Assembly: GCA_963843145.1 (NCBI GenBank) | Contig: CAWJJC010000020.1 | Span: 96,001-160,000, forward strand | Length of the DNA: 64,000 nt | DNA from: an uncultured delta proteobacterium | GTDB lineage: Bacteria > Desulfobacterota > RBG-13-43-22 | Direction: 5' to 3' | In this document: one piece after another, positions 1 through 10,564 of the stretch | Layout: every line of letters begins with the position of its first letter | How positions within the stretch are numbered: the first letter of the stretch is position 1 | Notes under the pieces: generated by a model | What the model was told of the DNA's origin: nothing | The model's input: only the letters and a program-made list of their open reading frames with translations | Databases searched by the model: none | Made by a program: the position numbers and the translations under genes

Positions 1-144
1 GGCCATTACAGTAAATTGCAGAAGCAATTGGAATTATACTCCAAACTGGCCGTGGCTCAATCTCAAAAAGTCTCGGGGGAACAGGGAAGAACACTGGCCG
101 AAGTCATGAAGGATATCCGCAGGATTATCCGCGATGCCGGTTAA
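1..144 (+). CDS. Antitoxin (Phd/YefM-like), 3' part only
   Basis: Frame 1 reads GHYSKLQKQLELYSKLAVAQSQKVSGEQGRTLAEVMKDIRRIIRDAG* and overlaps the start of the downstream toxin. Confidence 0.6.
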   Translation, partial: GHYSKLQKQLELYSKLAVAQSQKVSGEQGRTLAEVMKDIRRIIRDAG

Positions 145-448
145 ATATAGTGTTCGTCTTCTGCCGGCGGCTGAATCCGATTTTAAAGAGATCATTGCCT
201 TTATTGCTCTGGATAACCTTTCCGCTGCCGAAAAGCTGGCCGAGAGGATTGGCAAAAGTCTGGCGAATCTGCAAGAACATCCTTTTCTGGGGAAAATTCC
301 CGCCGATGAACCTTTGGCCCAAATGGGTTACCGATATATTGTGGTTGGAAATTACTTGATTTTCTACATGGTTGAGCAACGAAACGTCTTGATTCATCGA
401 ATGATTCACGGTGCCCGGGATTATTTAAATCTGATCCAAACCGATTAA
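134..448 (+). CDS. Type II toxin, RelE/ParE family
   Basis: 104 aa; YSVRLLPAAESDFKEI...HPFLGK...YRYIVVGNYLIFY...IHRMIHGARDY is the ParE pattern. Confidence 0.85.
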   Translation: MPVKYSVRLLPAAESDFKEIIAFIALDNLSAAEKLAERIGKSLANLQEHPFLGKIPADEPLAQMGYRYIVVGNYLIFYMVEQRNVLIHRMIHGARDYLNLIQTD

Positions 449-834
449 CCGTCCACAAAAGACCGATCCGTGCTCAAGTGACTCGGGGAGCAGATAAATA
501 GAGCGCACAAGCGGGTGGTGCCGGTGTTCACCAGTTGGTGGACCGTTTTTTCGGGTATGGAAAAACAATCTCCCTTCTCCACCGGAAATTCAGATTCCCA
601 GGAGACCCCATCCGTCCCTTCCGGTTTTCCGATCTTCATCAAGCCTCGGCCTTCCAGGATTTGGTAAATCTCGACCCCCTTGCCGTGGTAGTGGGGTTTG
701 ACCCATTTCCCTTCGGCGATTTCGGCCACAAAAACGGAGATGGCGTCGTCCCCGGTTAACCGATCGACCTTGATGCCGGCCTTTTCATCGGGGGTGACCT
801 TTTCCAGTTCCTGATAAATGTTTTTGATTTCCAT
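445..834 (-). CDS. Cupin domain protein
   Basis: PHYH..VEIYQILEGRG and GDCFSIPEKTVHQLVN cupin motifs. Confidence 0.85.
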   Translation of the reverse strand: MEIKNIYQELEKVTPDEKAGIKVDRLTGDDAISVFVAEIAEGKWVKPHYHGKGVEIYQILEGRGLMKIGKPEGTDGVSWESEFPVEKGDCFSIPEKTVHQLVNTGTTRLCALFICSPSHLSTDRSFVDG

Positions 835-897
835 CGCCTTCCTCCTTCCAATATAGGTTGTTTAACTATTGACTTCCGATTTTGTCAAGGGTTATGA

Positions 898-2405
898 ATG
901 GGAATAATGAACTTCCATCTGAACGGTTGCGATATCGTCAGGTTAGCCCAACGCTTTGGGTTGCCCCTCCATTTGTACGATGCCCAAACGATCAGCGGAA
1001 ACCTGCACGCCTTTCAATCCACGTTTGAAGAGACGGGCATTTCCGGTGGTGTCTGCTATGCCGTCAAGGCTTGCGGGTTTCCGGAAATCATACGCCTGGC
1101 CGTTCGAACCGGGGCCGGGGCGGATGTGGCCTCGGAGTATGAACTGGCGACGGCCCTGGCGGCCGGCATCCCTCCGGAAAAACTGGTCATGCATGGCAAC
1201 GCCAAAAGTGATGCCTACCTGAAGAAGGCGGTGGCGCTCGGCGCCCTGATCGCCGCCAACCATCATACGGAATTGGACCGGATCAACGCCGAGGCCAAAA
1301 AGCAACGGAAAACGAGCCCGGGCCTTGCTCCGTTTGTCCGGCTTTCGATCTGGGAACGGTCACGGCCCAGGGGATTTTTACCGCCGGGCCTTGGTGTAAG
1401 TTCGGGGAACCGGTGGCCGAGGTTCCGGCCTTGCTTGAAGGCCCTCAGGCAATGGCCCCACTATCGACCTGAGTAGGGTTTCAGGTCCATATCGGCTCCC
1501 AGATCACCGAGATGGAACCGTATCAAAAAGTGATGGGGTGATGGCGGAATTGGCTCGTCTTGTATCGGGAGACCATCGGACGGCCGGTGCAGGTAATCGA
1601 TCTGGGAGGAGGTTTTCCGTTATCGTACGTGGATCGCAGGACGTGGCAAAATCTCCAGAAAAATATTCAGCGGGAAGCGCGAGGATTCCACCCCCACCCC
1701 GACCCACCCCCGTCGAGAGGGAGGGCGATTAGTGAGAGCGGGGCTTCCCCTGAATTATTGCACAGGGACCAATTCTCGACCTGGGAGGGGATGACCGGGG
1801 GATTCAGACCTGATCCGGAAACGGGAATAATCGAACTGGACGCAATGGTCCGGGGAGAAATTTTTTTCGCCCTATCCGAAAGAAAAAATGCTGATCCGAC
1901 TCCTACGCAGGGAAAGATTCCTTTTCACGGAAAAGCCGAGCGGTTAAAAGGGTGCTGGAAGGGATCGGGAATCCTGTTTGATCGTGGAGCCGGGCCGGGC
2001 GATCGTAGGGGACGCCGGAATCACTTTGGCGCGGGTAGTGGATGTCTATCCGGTGGCCGGAGGGCATCCCCTGGTGACCTTGACCTGGGGATCGTTAACC
2101 ACGGCACCGGACTGGTGGAGCCGGACCTCTATTCCTGGACCCTGGCCAACGATATCGAACGAAAAGACCGCCGGCCGTTCAAGGCCTTCGTGGCCGGCCG
2201 CCTCTGCTTCTCCGGGGACCTGCTTTCCCGTTACCGGGTTTCCTTCCCACGGAAACCCGTACCCGGCGATATCGCCGTCATCGAAAAAACCGGCGCCTAT
2301 GCCCCGACATTTTTCGCCTCCCGGGCCAATGGCTTCCCCCTCCCGAATTTCTGTCTGATCGGTCCGCATCGACGTATCCGGCTACTCACCTCAAAAGTCA
2401 ATTAG
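898..2405 (+). pseudogene. Diaminopimelate decarboxylase-like group IV PLP decarboxylase, frameshifted (possibly sequencing errors)
   Basis: YAVKA (PLP Lys), DVASEYEL, HGNAK, IDLGGGF, IVEPGRAIV, AGRLCFSGD and TGAY motifs are spread over ORFs 898-1476, 1560-2405 and 1978-2358. Confidence 0.75.
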
Positions 2406-2432
2406 AATGCTTCACCGGAAAACTCGGTATCC

Positions 2433-3602
2433 TTAGGTGGTCCGCAAGGCCTCGACGATGTTGAGGCGGGCGGCGCGGAAGGCGGGCAGGAAGCCGCCGA
2501 CCAGGCCCATGATCAGGGCGAAGCCGAGGGTCTCCAGGGCGATGCGGCCGTTGAGGACAAAACTGAAAGGCCAGCTCGGAGAAGGTCTGCCAGTTGATGG
2601 TGGAGATAGTCACCCACTGCATGGCGGAAGCGGCCAAAAGTCCCTGGATCCCTCCCAGGGCCCCGAGAAACAGCGCTTCCAGCAGAAAAGCTCCCAGGAT
2701 ACTTTTTCGTCGGAAAACCCAGAGCCCGCAGGGTGCCGATCTCGATGGTTCGGTTGGCCACCGCCGCGTACATGGTCACCATGGCGCCGATCATGGCCCC
2801 TACCGAGAAGATGATGGTCATGGACAGGCCCAGAATCCGGATGAAACGGGCCATGATTTCCGACTGGTCGGCGTAAAACTGCGTTTCCCTTTTGGCCGTT
2901 ACCGTCAGCCGGGGGTCGGATTCAAGCTGTTTGCTTCAGGCTGCCGAAGGAGGCCGGGTCACGCAATTTCAGGATCAGCGAGGAATAGACCGGCCGACGA
3001 AAAGTGTTCATGAGCAGATCGGCATCGGCCCAAATCTCCGAGTCGAAGCCCGTCCGCCCGGCATCAAAGATTCCCACCACCCGCCAATCCCTTAACCCGA
3101 ATCGGAGGCTCTGGCCCAAACCGGTCCCTTTGAATCGCTGGGCAATGCTTCCTCCGATCAGGATTTCCGGAACGCCGGGCTTGATGAAGCGCCCGGAACT
3201 CAGTTTGACCTGGGGACGGAGCCGCAGAGAGATATCGGTGATGCCCCGGATGGAAACGTTTCCTGTCGCCTTGGTTCCGACTTTGGGCAGGGCGATCAGG
3301 ACCATGACTTCGCGGGCTACCAGAGGGTTCCCTTCGGTATCCCGGGCGATTTCCGGCCGCGTTTCGACGATGGCGGCCTCCGAACGCTGAACGATGCTGA
3401 CCACTTCGCTGTCGGCCGACCGGCGGACCACCACCACGTTGTCCGGGGACCCGGTTTCCACCAGGGTCTTTTTCAATCCCTCGGCCAGCATAAGGACGGC
3501 GGCAAAAACGTAAACGACCAGGGCCATACCGACGGCCGTGAGAATCGTGGTCAGCTTACGGGTCCAGAGATTGCGGAAGCTGTAACTAAGGGGGAGGCGC
3601 AT
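2433..3602 (-). pseudogene. MacB/FtsX-type ABC permease, frameshifted
   Basis: MRLPLSYSFRNLWTRKLTT start, MYAAVANRTIEIGTLRALGF, and a GGFLPAFRAARLNIVEALRTT end in different frames. Confidence 0.8.
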
Positions 3603-3666
3603 GGGGTTATCTGCCGGCTATGAGTTGAACTCGGGAGTATGTTGTCTAAAGGGAATGTCTGGAAGT

Positions 3667-4056
3667 CCAAATTCAAAATCCGAAACGAAATTCGAAATTC
3701 AAATGATCGAATGTTCAAATCATGTATAAAAATGAAGTCGAGTAAAATTTCCAGAGGCCCTGGTAAATGCGCGTCATGCCGGACCCGATCCGGCATCCAG
3801 GGCAGTTTGAGTTTTAGAGGCCTAGGATCCCGGCCATTCGACAAAGCTCATGGCCCTGAGCGACACGACTGAGCCTTTTCGATAAGCTCAAAGCCCTGAG
3901 CCCGTCGAAGGGCTTTCGCCAGGATAACGATCGCATATTTTTAACCTTCATTCGTCTGATGCCGGTGATACGGTCTGTGGGTATACTCCATTTCGGTGAT
4001 TTGGATTTTGGTCATTTGGATTTGTTTCGAATTTCGGATTTCGTGCTTCGAATTTA
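3667..4056. repeat. Composite palindromic element: CGAAAT-type heptamer arms enclosing a REP-like element
   Basis: Left arm aaattcaaaatccgaaacgaaattcgaaattcaaatg and right arm catttggatttgtttcgaatttcggatttcgtgcttcgaattt; the inner part (about 3773-3928) matches the reverse complement of 42296-42416. Confidence 0.75.
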
Positions 4057-4088
4057 ACTTCCCCAAGCCGTCGGGCCGGAGATCAGGT

Positions 4089-5312
4089 TCATTTGTCGGC
4101 CACCTTTACCCTGCTCCCCTCCTTCAGCCCCTTGGGGGGATTGAGGACCACCCGGTCGCCGGCCTGAAGGCCCCGGGTAACCTGCACCAAATCCGCCAGG
4201 AGAGGTCCTTTGTCGATGGGGACTTCTTGAACCTGGTCCCCTTTTAGTTGATAAACCATGGCCCGGCCGTTCTTGGAAACGATGGCCGAGGGGTTCACCC
4301 CGAGTTTTGGTTTTTCATCCCGGGCAATGGGCCTAGAAAGAAAGGCCACCTTGGCGCTCATCTCCGGCAGAACGCGGTCATCTTTCTTAAGAAATTTGAC
4401 TTTGGTCTGGACCGTGGCCTTCGTCCGGTCAGCCGTGGGAACGACCATGTGAACCTCCCCCGGGAAGCGTTCCTCCGGAAAGGCGTCCAGGGTGATTTCA
4501 CAGGGCTGGCCGGCTTTCACTTTTTCCAGGTTGATCTCGGAGACATCGGCTTCCACGATCAATGATTCCATGTCGGCCATGGTCACCACCGCCGCCTTGG
4601 CGTTGACCGAGGAGCCGAAAGGGGCGACCACCTCTCCCACGTCGGCATTCTTGGTCAAAATCACCCCATCGAACGGAGCCCGGATCAGGGTGTATTCCAG
4701 GCCCACCCGCACGGCCTGGAGAGCCGCCTCGGCCGCTTTGATCTGAGAGCGCGCGGCTGCTTCGGCCGCCACAGACTGCTGAAATTTGGCTTCGGCGGCG
4801 TCGTAATCGGACTGGGAAACGGCCTGGGCCTGGATCAGTTTTTGATACCGTTCGAATCGCAGGCGATCATTGCTGACCCCGGCCCGGACCTGGTTCAGGT
4901 TGGCCTGGGCGGCGTTGAGGTTGGCCTGGGCCTGGGCGGCCTGGGCCTGGAGGTCGGCATTTTCCAGCCGGGCCAGGATTTGCCCTTTTTTGACCCGCGA
5001 CCCTTCTTCCACGGCCAGGGTTTCCAGTCGCCCGGTGCCCTTGGAAGCCACGGCCGCTTTTCGCTGGGCCACCACATACCCGCTGGCGTTAAGGAGGGTA
5101 ACCGGCTGAGAGGGATAGACCAGGGAAACCGTAGTCACCGATACTTCCTGGGCCGGACGCAGATAGCCCCGAGTATACCCCAGTCCGATCAATCCCAACA
5201 AGAGCAAGAACAAGAGGACCCAGACAATTCTTTTTCTCTTGGACCGTCGATAAGGTACCGGTTCTTTTTCGGACCGGGGAATTTTAAGTTGGGCCAGGTC
5301 TTCCTTTTCCAT
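4089..5312 (-). CDS. Efflux periplasmic adaptor (MacA/HlyD-type MFP)
   Basis: N-terminal TM, ASGYVVAQRKAAVASKGTGR, IRAPFDGVI lipoyl halves and a coiled hairpin. Confidence 0.9.
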   Translation of the reverse strand: MEKEDLAQLKIPRSEKEPVPYRRSKRKRIVWVLLFLLLLGLIGLGYTRGYLRPAQEVSVTTVSLVYPSQPVTLLNASGYVVAQRKAAVASKGTGRLETLAVEEGSRVKKGQILARLENADLQAQAAQAQANLNAAQANLNQVRAGVSNDRLRFERYQKLIQAQAVSQSDYDAAEAKFQQSVAAEAAARSQIKAAEAALQAVRVGLEYTLIRAPFDGVILTKNADVGEVVAPFGSSVNAKAAVVTMADMESLIVEADVSEINLEKVKAGQPCEITLDAFPEERFPGEVHMVVPTADRTKATVQTKVKFLKKDDRVLPEMSAKVAFLSRPIARDEKPKLGVNPSAIVSKNGRAMVYQLKGDQVQEVPIDKGPLLADLVQVTRGLQAGDRVVLNPPKGLKEGSRVKVADK

Positions 5313-5412
5313 TTTGCGTTTGCCTTTTAGTTGACTTTAGGCTATAGTTATTTTTTTTCTATCTAAAATAGAAGAATTGTTTAGTCCGTCATCCCCCCTG
5401 ATCCCTCATCGT

Positions 5413-5489
5413 GGGCGATTAGCTCAGTTGGATAGAGCGTTGGTCTCCGGAACCAAAGGCCGTGGGTTCAAGTCCCGCATCGCCCACCA
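5413..5489 (+). tRNA. tRNA-Arg(CCG)
   Basis: GGGCGAT/ATCGCCC acceptor stem, TAGCTCAGTTGGATAGAGC D arm, TTGGT-CTCCGGA-ACCAA anticodon arm, GGTTCAAGTCC T arm and encoded CCA. Confidence 0.95.
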
Positions 5490-5656
5490 TTTTTAAATCC
5501 GTCCCCTTAATATTTTGACGCTTTGCCCTTGGGGGTGGGTACCCTCCACATCTGGTATGGTCGCCGAGATCCGGCGGCAAGGCAGATCCGATTTCAGGCT
5601 AAACTGCTATATGTTGTGGCCACCCACCCCAATGGGCGAACGACCAATATTTTTGG

Positions 5657-6775
5657 TTAGGCCTTGGCTTCAACCGGGATTAATTCGTACTCGCGCGTCC
5701 CCAGTCCGATTTCCTCGGCATAAGCCAACTGCACTTCCCAGTCGATCTGGGGGTAAATCCCGCGGAATTTATCTTCTCCCGGGTTGAAATTTTTGGTCAG
5801 TGCGGAATCTCGGTTCCCGGGCTCCTGGTTGACTAGATCGACCGAGGCCTGGTCGAGGGCCACGGGGTCGGTGGAAGCCAGGATACCGATGTCCCGGACG
5901 ATGGGCCGGTCGGCGTGTCCGTAGCAGTCGCAGGCCGGGGAGATATCGGTCAAAAAGTTCAGGAACAGGGACCGGCCCTCCTTGCCCTTTAAGACCCCGG
6001 CCATGTGCTCCACCATCTTCTCCTGAAAAATGGGGATGGATTCGTTCCATTGAATTTGAATGGCCCCCTGGGGGCAGGTCAGGATACATTCGCCGCAGCC
6101 CACGCAGGTTTCCGGGTTGATCACCGATTTTTCGTCTTCCAGGGCGATGGCGCTCTGGGCGCAGTGACTGACGCACTCCCCGCAGCCGATGCATTTCTTC
6201 CGGGTCACCTTGGGCGCGATATTGGAATGCTGGCTGAGTTTCCCTTCCCGTGAAGCGCAGCCCATGCCCACATTTTTGATGGTCCCGCCGAAACCGGCCA
6301 GTTCATGCCCTTTAAAATGGGCCACGCTGATGAAGGCGTCGGCTGCGACGATGTCGGCGGCAATAGAAACGGACTTAAAATTCTTTTTATTAATGGTCAC
6401 CTTGACGGCGGATTTTCCCTTGAGCCCATCGGCAATAATCAGGGGGGCCCCGACCGTGTCGTAGGAAAACCCGTTTCCCAGGGCCGTCAGCAGGTGAGAA
6501 ACGCTTTCGGCCCGGGTACCCACATAAAGGGTATTGGCATCGGTGATAAAGGGCTTGCCGCCCCAGGCCTTGACTGTATCGGTTATGGGTCGCACATAGA
6601 TGGGGCGCACATAGGCCGTATTGCCCTTTTCCCCGAAATGGATTTTAATAGCCACCAGGTTGTTTTTGGCCAGTGGTCTGGAAAAGGGTACTTTTCCCAG
6701 CAGTTGGCTGATCCGCTGTAGCCGATTCTCCTTCAACGAAGTCTTCAGGTCGACGAAATAAACGGGTGATGCCAT
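5657..6775 (-). CDS. DUF362 family Fe-S protein with 2x[4Fe-4S] ferredoxin domain
   Basis: KIHFGEKGN, HFKGH..GFGGTIKNVGMG, two CxxCxxCxxxC motifs, and ISPACDC. Confidence 0.88.
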   Translation of the reverse strand: MASPVYFVDLKTSLKENRLQRISQLLGKVPFSRPLAKNNLVAIKIHFGEKGNTAYVRPIYVRPITDTVKAWGGKPFITDANTLYVGTRAESVSHLLTALGNGFSYDTVGAPLIIADGLKGKSAVKVTINKKNFKSVSIAADIVAADAFISVAHFKGHELAGFGGTIKNVGMGCASREGKLSQHSNIAPKVTRKKCIGCGECVSHCAQSAIALEDEKSVINPETCVGCGECILTCPQGAIQIQWNESIPIFQEKMVEHMAGVLKGKEGRSLFLNFLTDISPACDCYGHADRPIVRDIGILASTDPVALDQASVDLVNQEPGNRDSALTKNFNPGEDKFRGIYPQIDWEVQLAYAEEIGLGTREYELIPVEAKA

Positions 6776-6788
6776 AAATCCTCCTTCT

Positions 6789-6918
6789 GAGGCGCAGAGC
6801 GTTAAAATCAGAACGATACTTCAACCAGACGCCCATCCGGCATTTTATTATATCCCGGGCGTCGAAACCATCTTTTGCTTTTATTACGCTTTGCGCTCAG
6901 CGCTCTGCGCTCTGCGTC
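6789..6918. repeat. Inverted GCGCTCT heptamer-repeat element
   Basis: ggcgcagagcg near 6791 is complementary to cgctttgcgctcagcgctctgcgctctgcgtc at about 6887-6918. Confidence 0.5.
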
Positions 6919-8056
6919 ATATAATACCCATCCCCTTCAACACCGAAAGCATGACCGCCGCGGCCATGACCGAACCGACCTGGCCGCCGGCGTTGGCGCC
7001 CATGGCGTGCATCAGCAGGTAATTTCTCTTGTTGTATTTGAATCCTTCTTTTTGGACCACCCGGGCCGACATGGGGAAGGCGGAAATTCCGGCTGCCCCG
7101 ATCAAGGGATTCACCTTGCCGCCGGTCAAAATCATCAAGGCCTTTCCAAAAAGGACCCCGCAGGCCGTGTCCAGGCAAATGGCCAACAGACCCAGGGCCA
7201 GGATAATTAAGGTTTGGGACTTGACGAATTCCGGCCCACTCATGGTGGCCCCGATGGAAATACCCAGGAGTAAAGTAACAATATTCGAGATTTCATTTTC
7301 CGAGGCCTTGGTCAACCGGCTGACCGCCCCGGATTCCTTCATCAGGTTCCCCAGCATGATGGTGGCCAAAAGGGGCAAGCCTTTGGGGGCAATAAAGCCC
7401 CCCACTATGGTAATGACGACTGGAAAGAGGATTCGGGTTGTTTTGGAAACGGTCTTTTTATGGGTTTTCATAACAATCTGCCGCTCTTTTTCGGTGGTCA
7501 GCATTCTCATAATCGGCGGCTGAAGCACAGGAACCAGGGACATATAAGAATAGGCCGCCACCGAAACCGCCCCCAGCAAATGAGGGGCATATTGGGAGGC
7601 GACATAAATAACCGTAGGCCCGTCACAGGCTCCGATGATCCCGATGGTCACCGCATCCAGCTTACTGAAACCCAGGGCCAAAGCCAGCAGCAGGGTCAAA
7701 AAAATCCCGCATTGACCGGCGGCCCCCAGGAGAAAAGTATAGGGATTCTCCAAAACGGGTCCGAAATCGGTCATGGCGCCAATACCCACGAAAATAAGCA
7801 AAGGAAATAATTCCGTGATAACGCCGGCATCATAAATAATCCGCAGGAATCCGTCCTTAGCCATCAGATCCGCCAGGGGAATGTTGACGATGATGGCCCC
7901 AAATCCGATGGGCAGCAAAAGTAAGGGTTCAAAATCCTTTTTTATTCCCAAATAAAGGAGAAGACAACCCACGGCGATCATGACCAGGTTAGACCACTGG
8001 AGATGAACAAACCCGGCTATGAGCCCGGACAATCCACTCAAAATGGCTTCGAGCAT
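6917..8056 (-). CDS. oadB: Na+-translocating decarboxylase beta subunit (copy 2)
   Basis: FEPLLLLPIGFG, GIGAMTDF, IGIIGACDGPT, AAYSYMSLVP, NPLIGAAGISAFPMSARV. Confidence 0.92.
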   Translation of the reverse strand: MLEAILSGLSGLIAGFVHLQWSNLVMIAVGCLLLYLGIKKDFEPLLLLPIGFGAIIVNIPLADLMAKDGFLRIIYDAGVITELFPLLIFVGIGAMTDFGPVLENPYTFLLGAAGQCGIFLTLLLALALGFSKLDAVTIGIIGACDGPTVIYVASQYAPHLLGAVSVAAYSYMSLVPVLQPPIMRMLTTEKERQIVMKTHKKTVSKTTRILFPVVITIVGGFIAPKGLPLLATIMLGNLMKESGAVSRLTKASENEISNIVTLLLGISIGATMSGPEFVKSQTLIILALGLLAICLDTACGVLFGKALMILTGGKVNPLIGAAGISAFPMSARVVQKEGFKYNKRNYLLMHAMGANAGGQVGSVMAAAVMLSVLKGMGII

Positions 8057-8190
8057 TATTCTGCTTCCCCCTCTTTAACAGGAAAAATTCTCTTTAAAAC
8101 CCCCATCAGCGTGCTCATAATCATTAGGGTAAGCAACGTGCCTCCCATACCGACGATGAGCATGCTCAGCCCAAAGGTCCAGTTATCCAT
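8056..8190 (-). CDS. OadG-like small membrane (gamma/delta) subunit, 44 aa, not in ORF track
   Basis: MDNWTFGLSMLIVGMGGTLLTLMIMSTLMGVLKRIFPVKEGEAE*; GGAGG RBS; TAATG coupling to oadB. Confidence 0.75.
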   Translation of the reverse strand: MDNWTFGLSMLIVGMGGTLLTLMIMSTLMGVLKRIFPVKEGEAE

Positions 8191-8268
8191 AAAGCCTCCA
8201 TTTATCCCGGGCGGTTAAAGCCCGTTGATTTTTACCAACCCGTTGAGGATAGCGATTTCCCTATCCCT

Positions 8269-8454
8269 TTAGACAGGGTGGGCCGCTACCTCGTCGAGGT
8301 CTTCCGCCAGGTTCCGCCATTTCTCCCCGGAGGACTTCAGGTCCAGGAGGATCCGCTCCTTATCGACAAAGGCGTACTGCCTTTCCCGGGCTACGGCCCG
8401 GCCGATTTCCCGGCCGCCGCTGCGGTACTCCCTGGAAATGGATAAGATAGCCAT
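8269..8454 (-). pseudogene. Cytidylate kinase-like family protein, truncated
   Basis: MAILSISREYRSGGREIGRAVA..FVDKE is the N-terminus of this family, but the ORF stops after 61 aa. Confidence 0.7.
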
Positions 8455-8460
8455 GCCGGA

Positions 8461-9216
8461 TTACTCCTTTTTTTCGATAGCCCGCGATGGCCGGGCCGGA
8501 GAGGCCTGATAGTCCCTTTCTTCCCTGGATATTTTAAATCGGAGCCAGAGTTTGCCGGCCGCCAGCACCCCGACCAGAAAAAAAACCTCGACCCCGTACT
8601 GCACCCACGGGGGGGGATGGAGCAGTCCGACCACGTAAGGGTCGGTGATCATCATCTCTCCGCCGACCCGCCCCAAGACGGCCGCGCCGATATAAAGGAT
8701 GACCGGGTATTTATCCATCAACATGGCCAGCAGGCTGCTGGTGAAGACGACGAAGGGGATGCTCAGGGCCAGGCCGAAGATCAGCAGAAAGAGGTTGCCC
8801 TGGGAGGCGCCGGCGACCGCCAGGACATTGTCGGTGGACATGGTGATATCGGCGATGATGATGACCCAGACGGCCTGCCAGAGGGTTTTGGCTTCCCTTT
8901 TTACCTCTTCGTCCGGGGCTCCCTCCACGAAAAGCTTGACGGCAATCCAGATGATGACCGCCCCGCCGAAAAATTTAATAAAATTGATCTGCAGCAACTG
9001 GGCGGCAAAAAAAGTCAGCGTTACCCGAAGGATGACCGCCGCGCCGGCCCCGAAAGCGATTCCCCGGGTCCTTTGCTTGCGCGGCAGAGAGCGCACCGCC
9101 ATGGCGATGACCACGGCATTGTCTCCGGCCAGGATCAGGTCGATAAGCACGATGCTCAAAAGACCGGCGACGAACTCCCAGTTAAAGTGTATCTGGCCTA
9201 AGACCCCCAGGTCCAT
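8461..9216 (-). CDS. TerC family (YjbE-like) membrane protein
   Basis: IDLILAGDNAVVIA and IADITMSTDNVLAVAG motifs. Confidence 0.9.
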   Translation of the reverse strand: MDLGVLGQIHFNWEFVAGLLSIVLIDLILAGDNAVVIAMAVRSLPRKQRTRGIAFGAGAAVILRVTLTFFAAQLLQINFIKFFGGAVIIWIAVKLFVEGAPDEEVKREAKTLWQAVWVIIIADITMSTDNVLAVAGASQGNLFLLIFGLALSIPFVVFTSSLLAMLMDKYPVILYIGAAVLGRVGGEMMITDPYVVGLLHPPPWVQYGVEVFFLVGVLAAGKLWLRFKISREERDYQASPARPSRAIEKKE

Positions 9217-9240
9217 GAATTACCGGGGACCTTCTTTAAA

Positions 9241-9399
9241 CTACTTGGCGCCTTTGGCCGGCGGCTGATCCGAGACGAACCGACTGATGATAAAACTCGA
9301 CAGCCGGATGCCGATCTGCATAACGGCCAGCACAATAAAAACCCCCACAAAGCGGATAAACAGGGAACTAAGCGCAAAACTCCAATTGACCGGTTCCAT
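9241..9399 (-). CDS. OadG-like small membrane subunit, 52 aa, not in ORF track
   Basis: MEPVNWSFALSSLFIRFVGVFIVLAVMQIGIRLSSFIISRFVSDQPPAKGAK*; AGGAGG RBS directly after oadB copy 1. Confidence 0.7.
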   Translation of the reverse strand: MEPVNWSFALSSLFIRFVGVFIVLAVMQIGIRLSSFIISRFVSDQPPAKGAK

Positions 9400-9408
9400 G
9401 GCGCCTCC

Positions 9409-10560
9409 TTATTTGAACATGGCAATGAACATGCCCGCGGCCGCCGCGGTCCCGATGACGCCGGCCAGATTGGGTCCCATGGCATGCATAAGCAGGTAAT
9501 TTCTCTTGTTGTATTTCAACCCTTCCACCTGGGAAACCCGGGCCGCCATGGGCACGGCCGAAACCCCGGCCGAGCCGATCAGGGGGTTCATTTTGTTTTC
9601 CGACTTCAGAAACCAGTTGATGATCTGGACCGTCCAGATGCCGCCGGCGGTGCAAAAGGCAAAATCCACTATGCCCAGGCTAAGTATCATCAGGGGTTTG
9701 GGATTCAAAAATTTATCGGCCTGCATGGTGGCCCCCACGGAAAGCCCCAGGAAGATGGTGACGATATTCATCAGCGCCCCCTGAGCGGTCTCGGTCAACC
9801 GGCCCACCACCCCGCATTCCTTCATCAGGTTGCCGAACATGAACATGCCCATGAGGGGGATGACGGCCGGTATCAGCAGGGCGATGATCGTGGCGGCGAT
9901 CAAAGGAAAAAGGATTTTTTCGGTCCGGGAAACTTTGCGCAGGTTTTGCATGACGATCTTCCGCTCTTTTTCGGTAGTCAACAAGCGCATGATGGGGGGT
10001 TGAATCAGAGGAACCAGGGCCATATAAGAATAAGCCGCCAGGGCGTTGGCCCCCAGGAGGTGCGGCGCCAGGGCCTGGGTCAGATAAATGGTGGTCGGTC
10101 CGTCGGCCCCCCCGATGATCCCTATGGACCCGGCTTCCTTGAGGGTGAAGCCCAAAAGCAGGCTTCCGATAAAGGTGAAGAAAACGCCCAACTGGGCCCC
10201 GGCCCCGACCAGCAAGGTTTTGGGGTTGGCAATCAGGGGTTCAAAATCGGTCATGGCCCCCAGGCCCAGGAAGATGACGCAGGGGATCACCTCCCAGGCA
10301 ATCCCATAGTGGTAAAAAACCTGGAGCAGCTCCGGGACGCCGTCCTCGGAAAAGCCCATCAAAGGGGTTAGAGGAAAATTGACAATAAAAATGCCGAAGC
10401 CGATGGGAACCAGGAGCAGCGGCTCGAATTTTTTGGCGATGGCCAGGTAGAGAAAGAAAAATCCGATCAGCCACATGACCGGATGACCCCAGGTCAGGTT
10501 CATAAATCCGGTCGTGTGTAGGATCCCGAAAAAAACTTTTAAAAACTCATCATAGCTCAT
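9409..10560 (-). CDS. oadB: Na+-translocating decarboxylase beta subunit (copy 1)
   Basis: [45 protein letters not shown]. Confidence 0.92.
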   Translation of the reverse strand: MSYDEFLKVFFGILHTTGFMNLTWGHPVMWLIGFFFLYLAIAKKFEPLLLVPIGFGIFIVNFPLTPLMGFSEDGVPELLQVFYHYGIAWEVIPCVIFLGLGAMTDFEPLIANPKTLLVGAGAQLGVFFTFIGSLLLGFTLKEAGSIGIIGGADGPTTIYLTQALAPHLLGANALAAYSYMALVPLIQPPIMRLLTTEKERKIVMQNLRKVSRTEKILFPLIAATIIALLIPAVIPLMGMFMFGNLMKECGVVGRLTETAQGALMNIVTIFLGLSVGATMQADKFLNPKPLMILSLGIVDFAFCTAGGIWTVQIINWFLKSENKMNPLIGSAGVSAVPMAARVSQVEGLKYNKRNYLLMHAMGPNLAGVIGTAAAAGMFIAMFK

Positions 10561-10564
10561 ACCT

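Noticed and set aside
898-3602. Programmed frameshifting or true pseudogenisation of the lysA-like and permease genes
   Set aside because: Numerous clustered indels, often in homopolymers and with motifs intact, are better explained by sequencing errors; reads are needed to decide.
5413-5489. tRNA-Arg as an island integration site
   Set aside because: No duplicate of its 3' end or adjacent integrase was noticed in the window.
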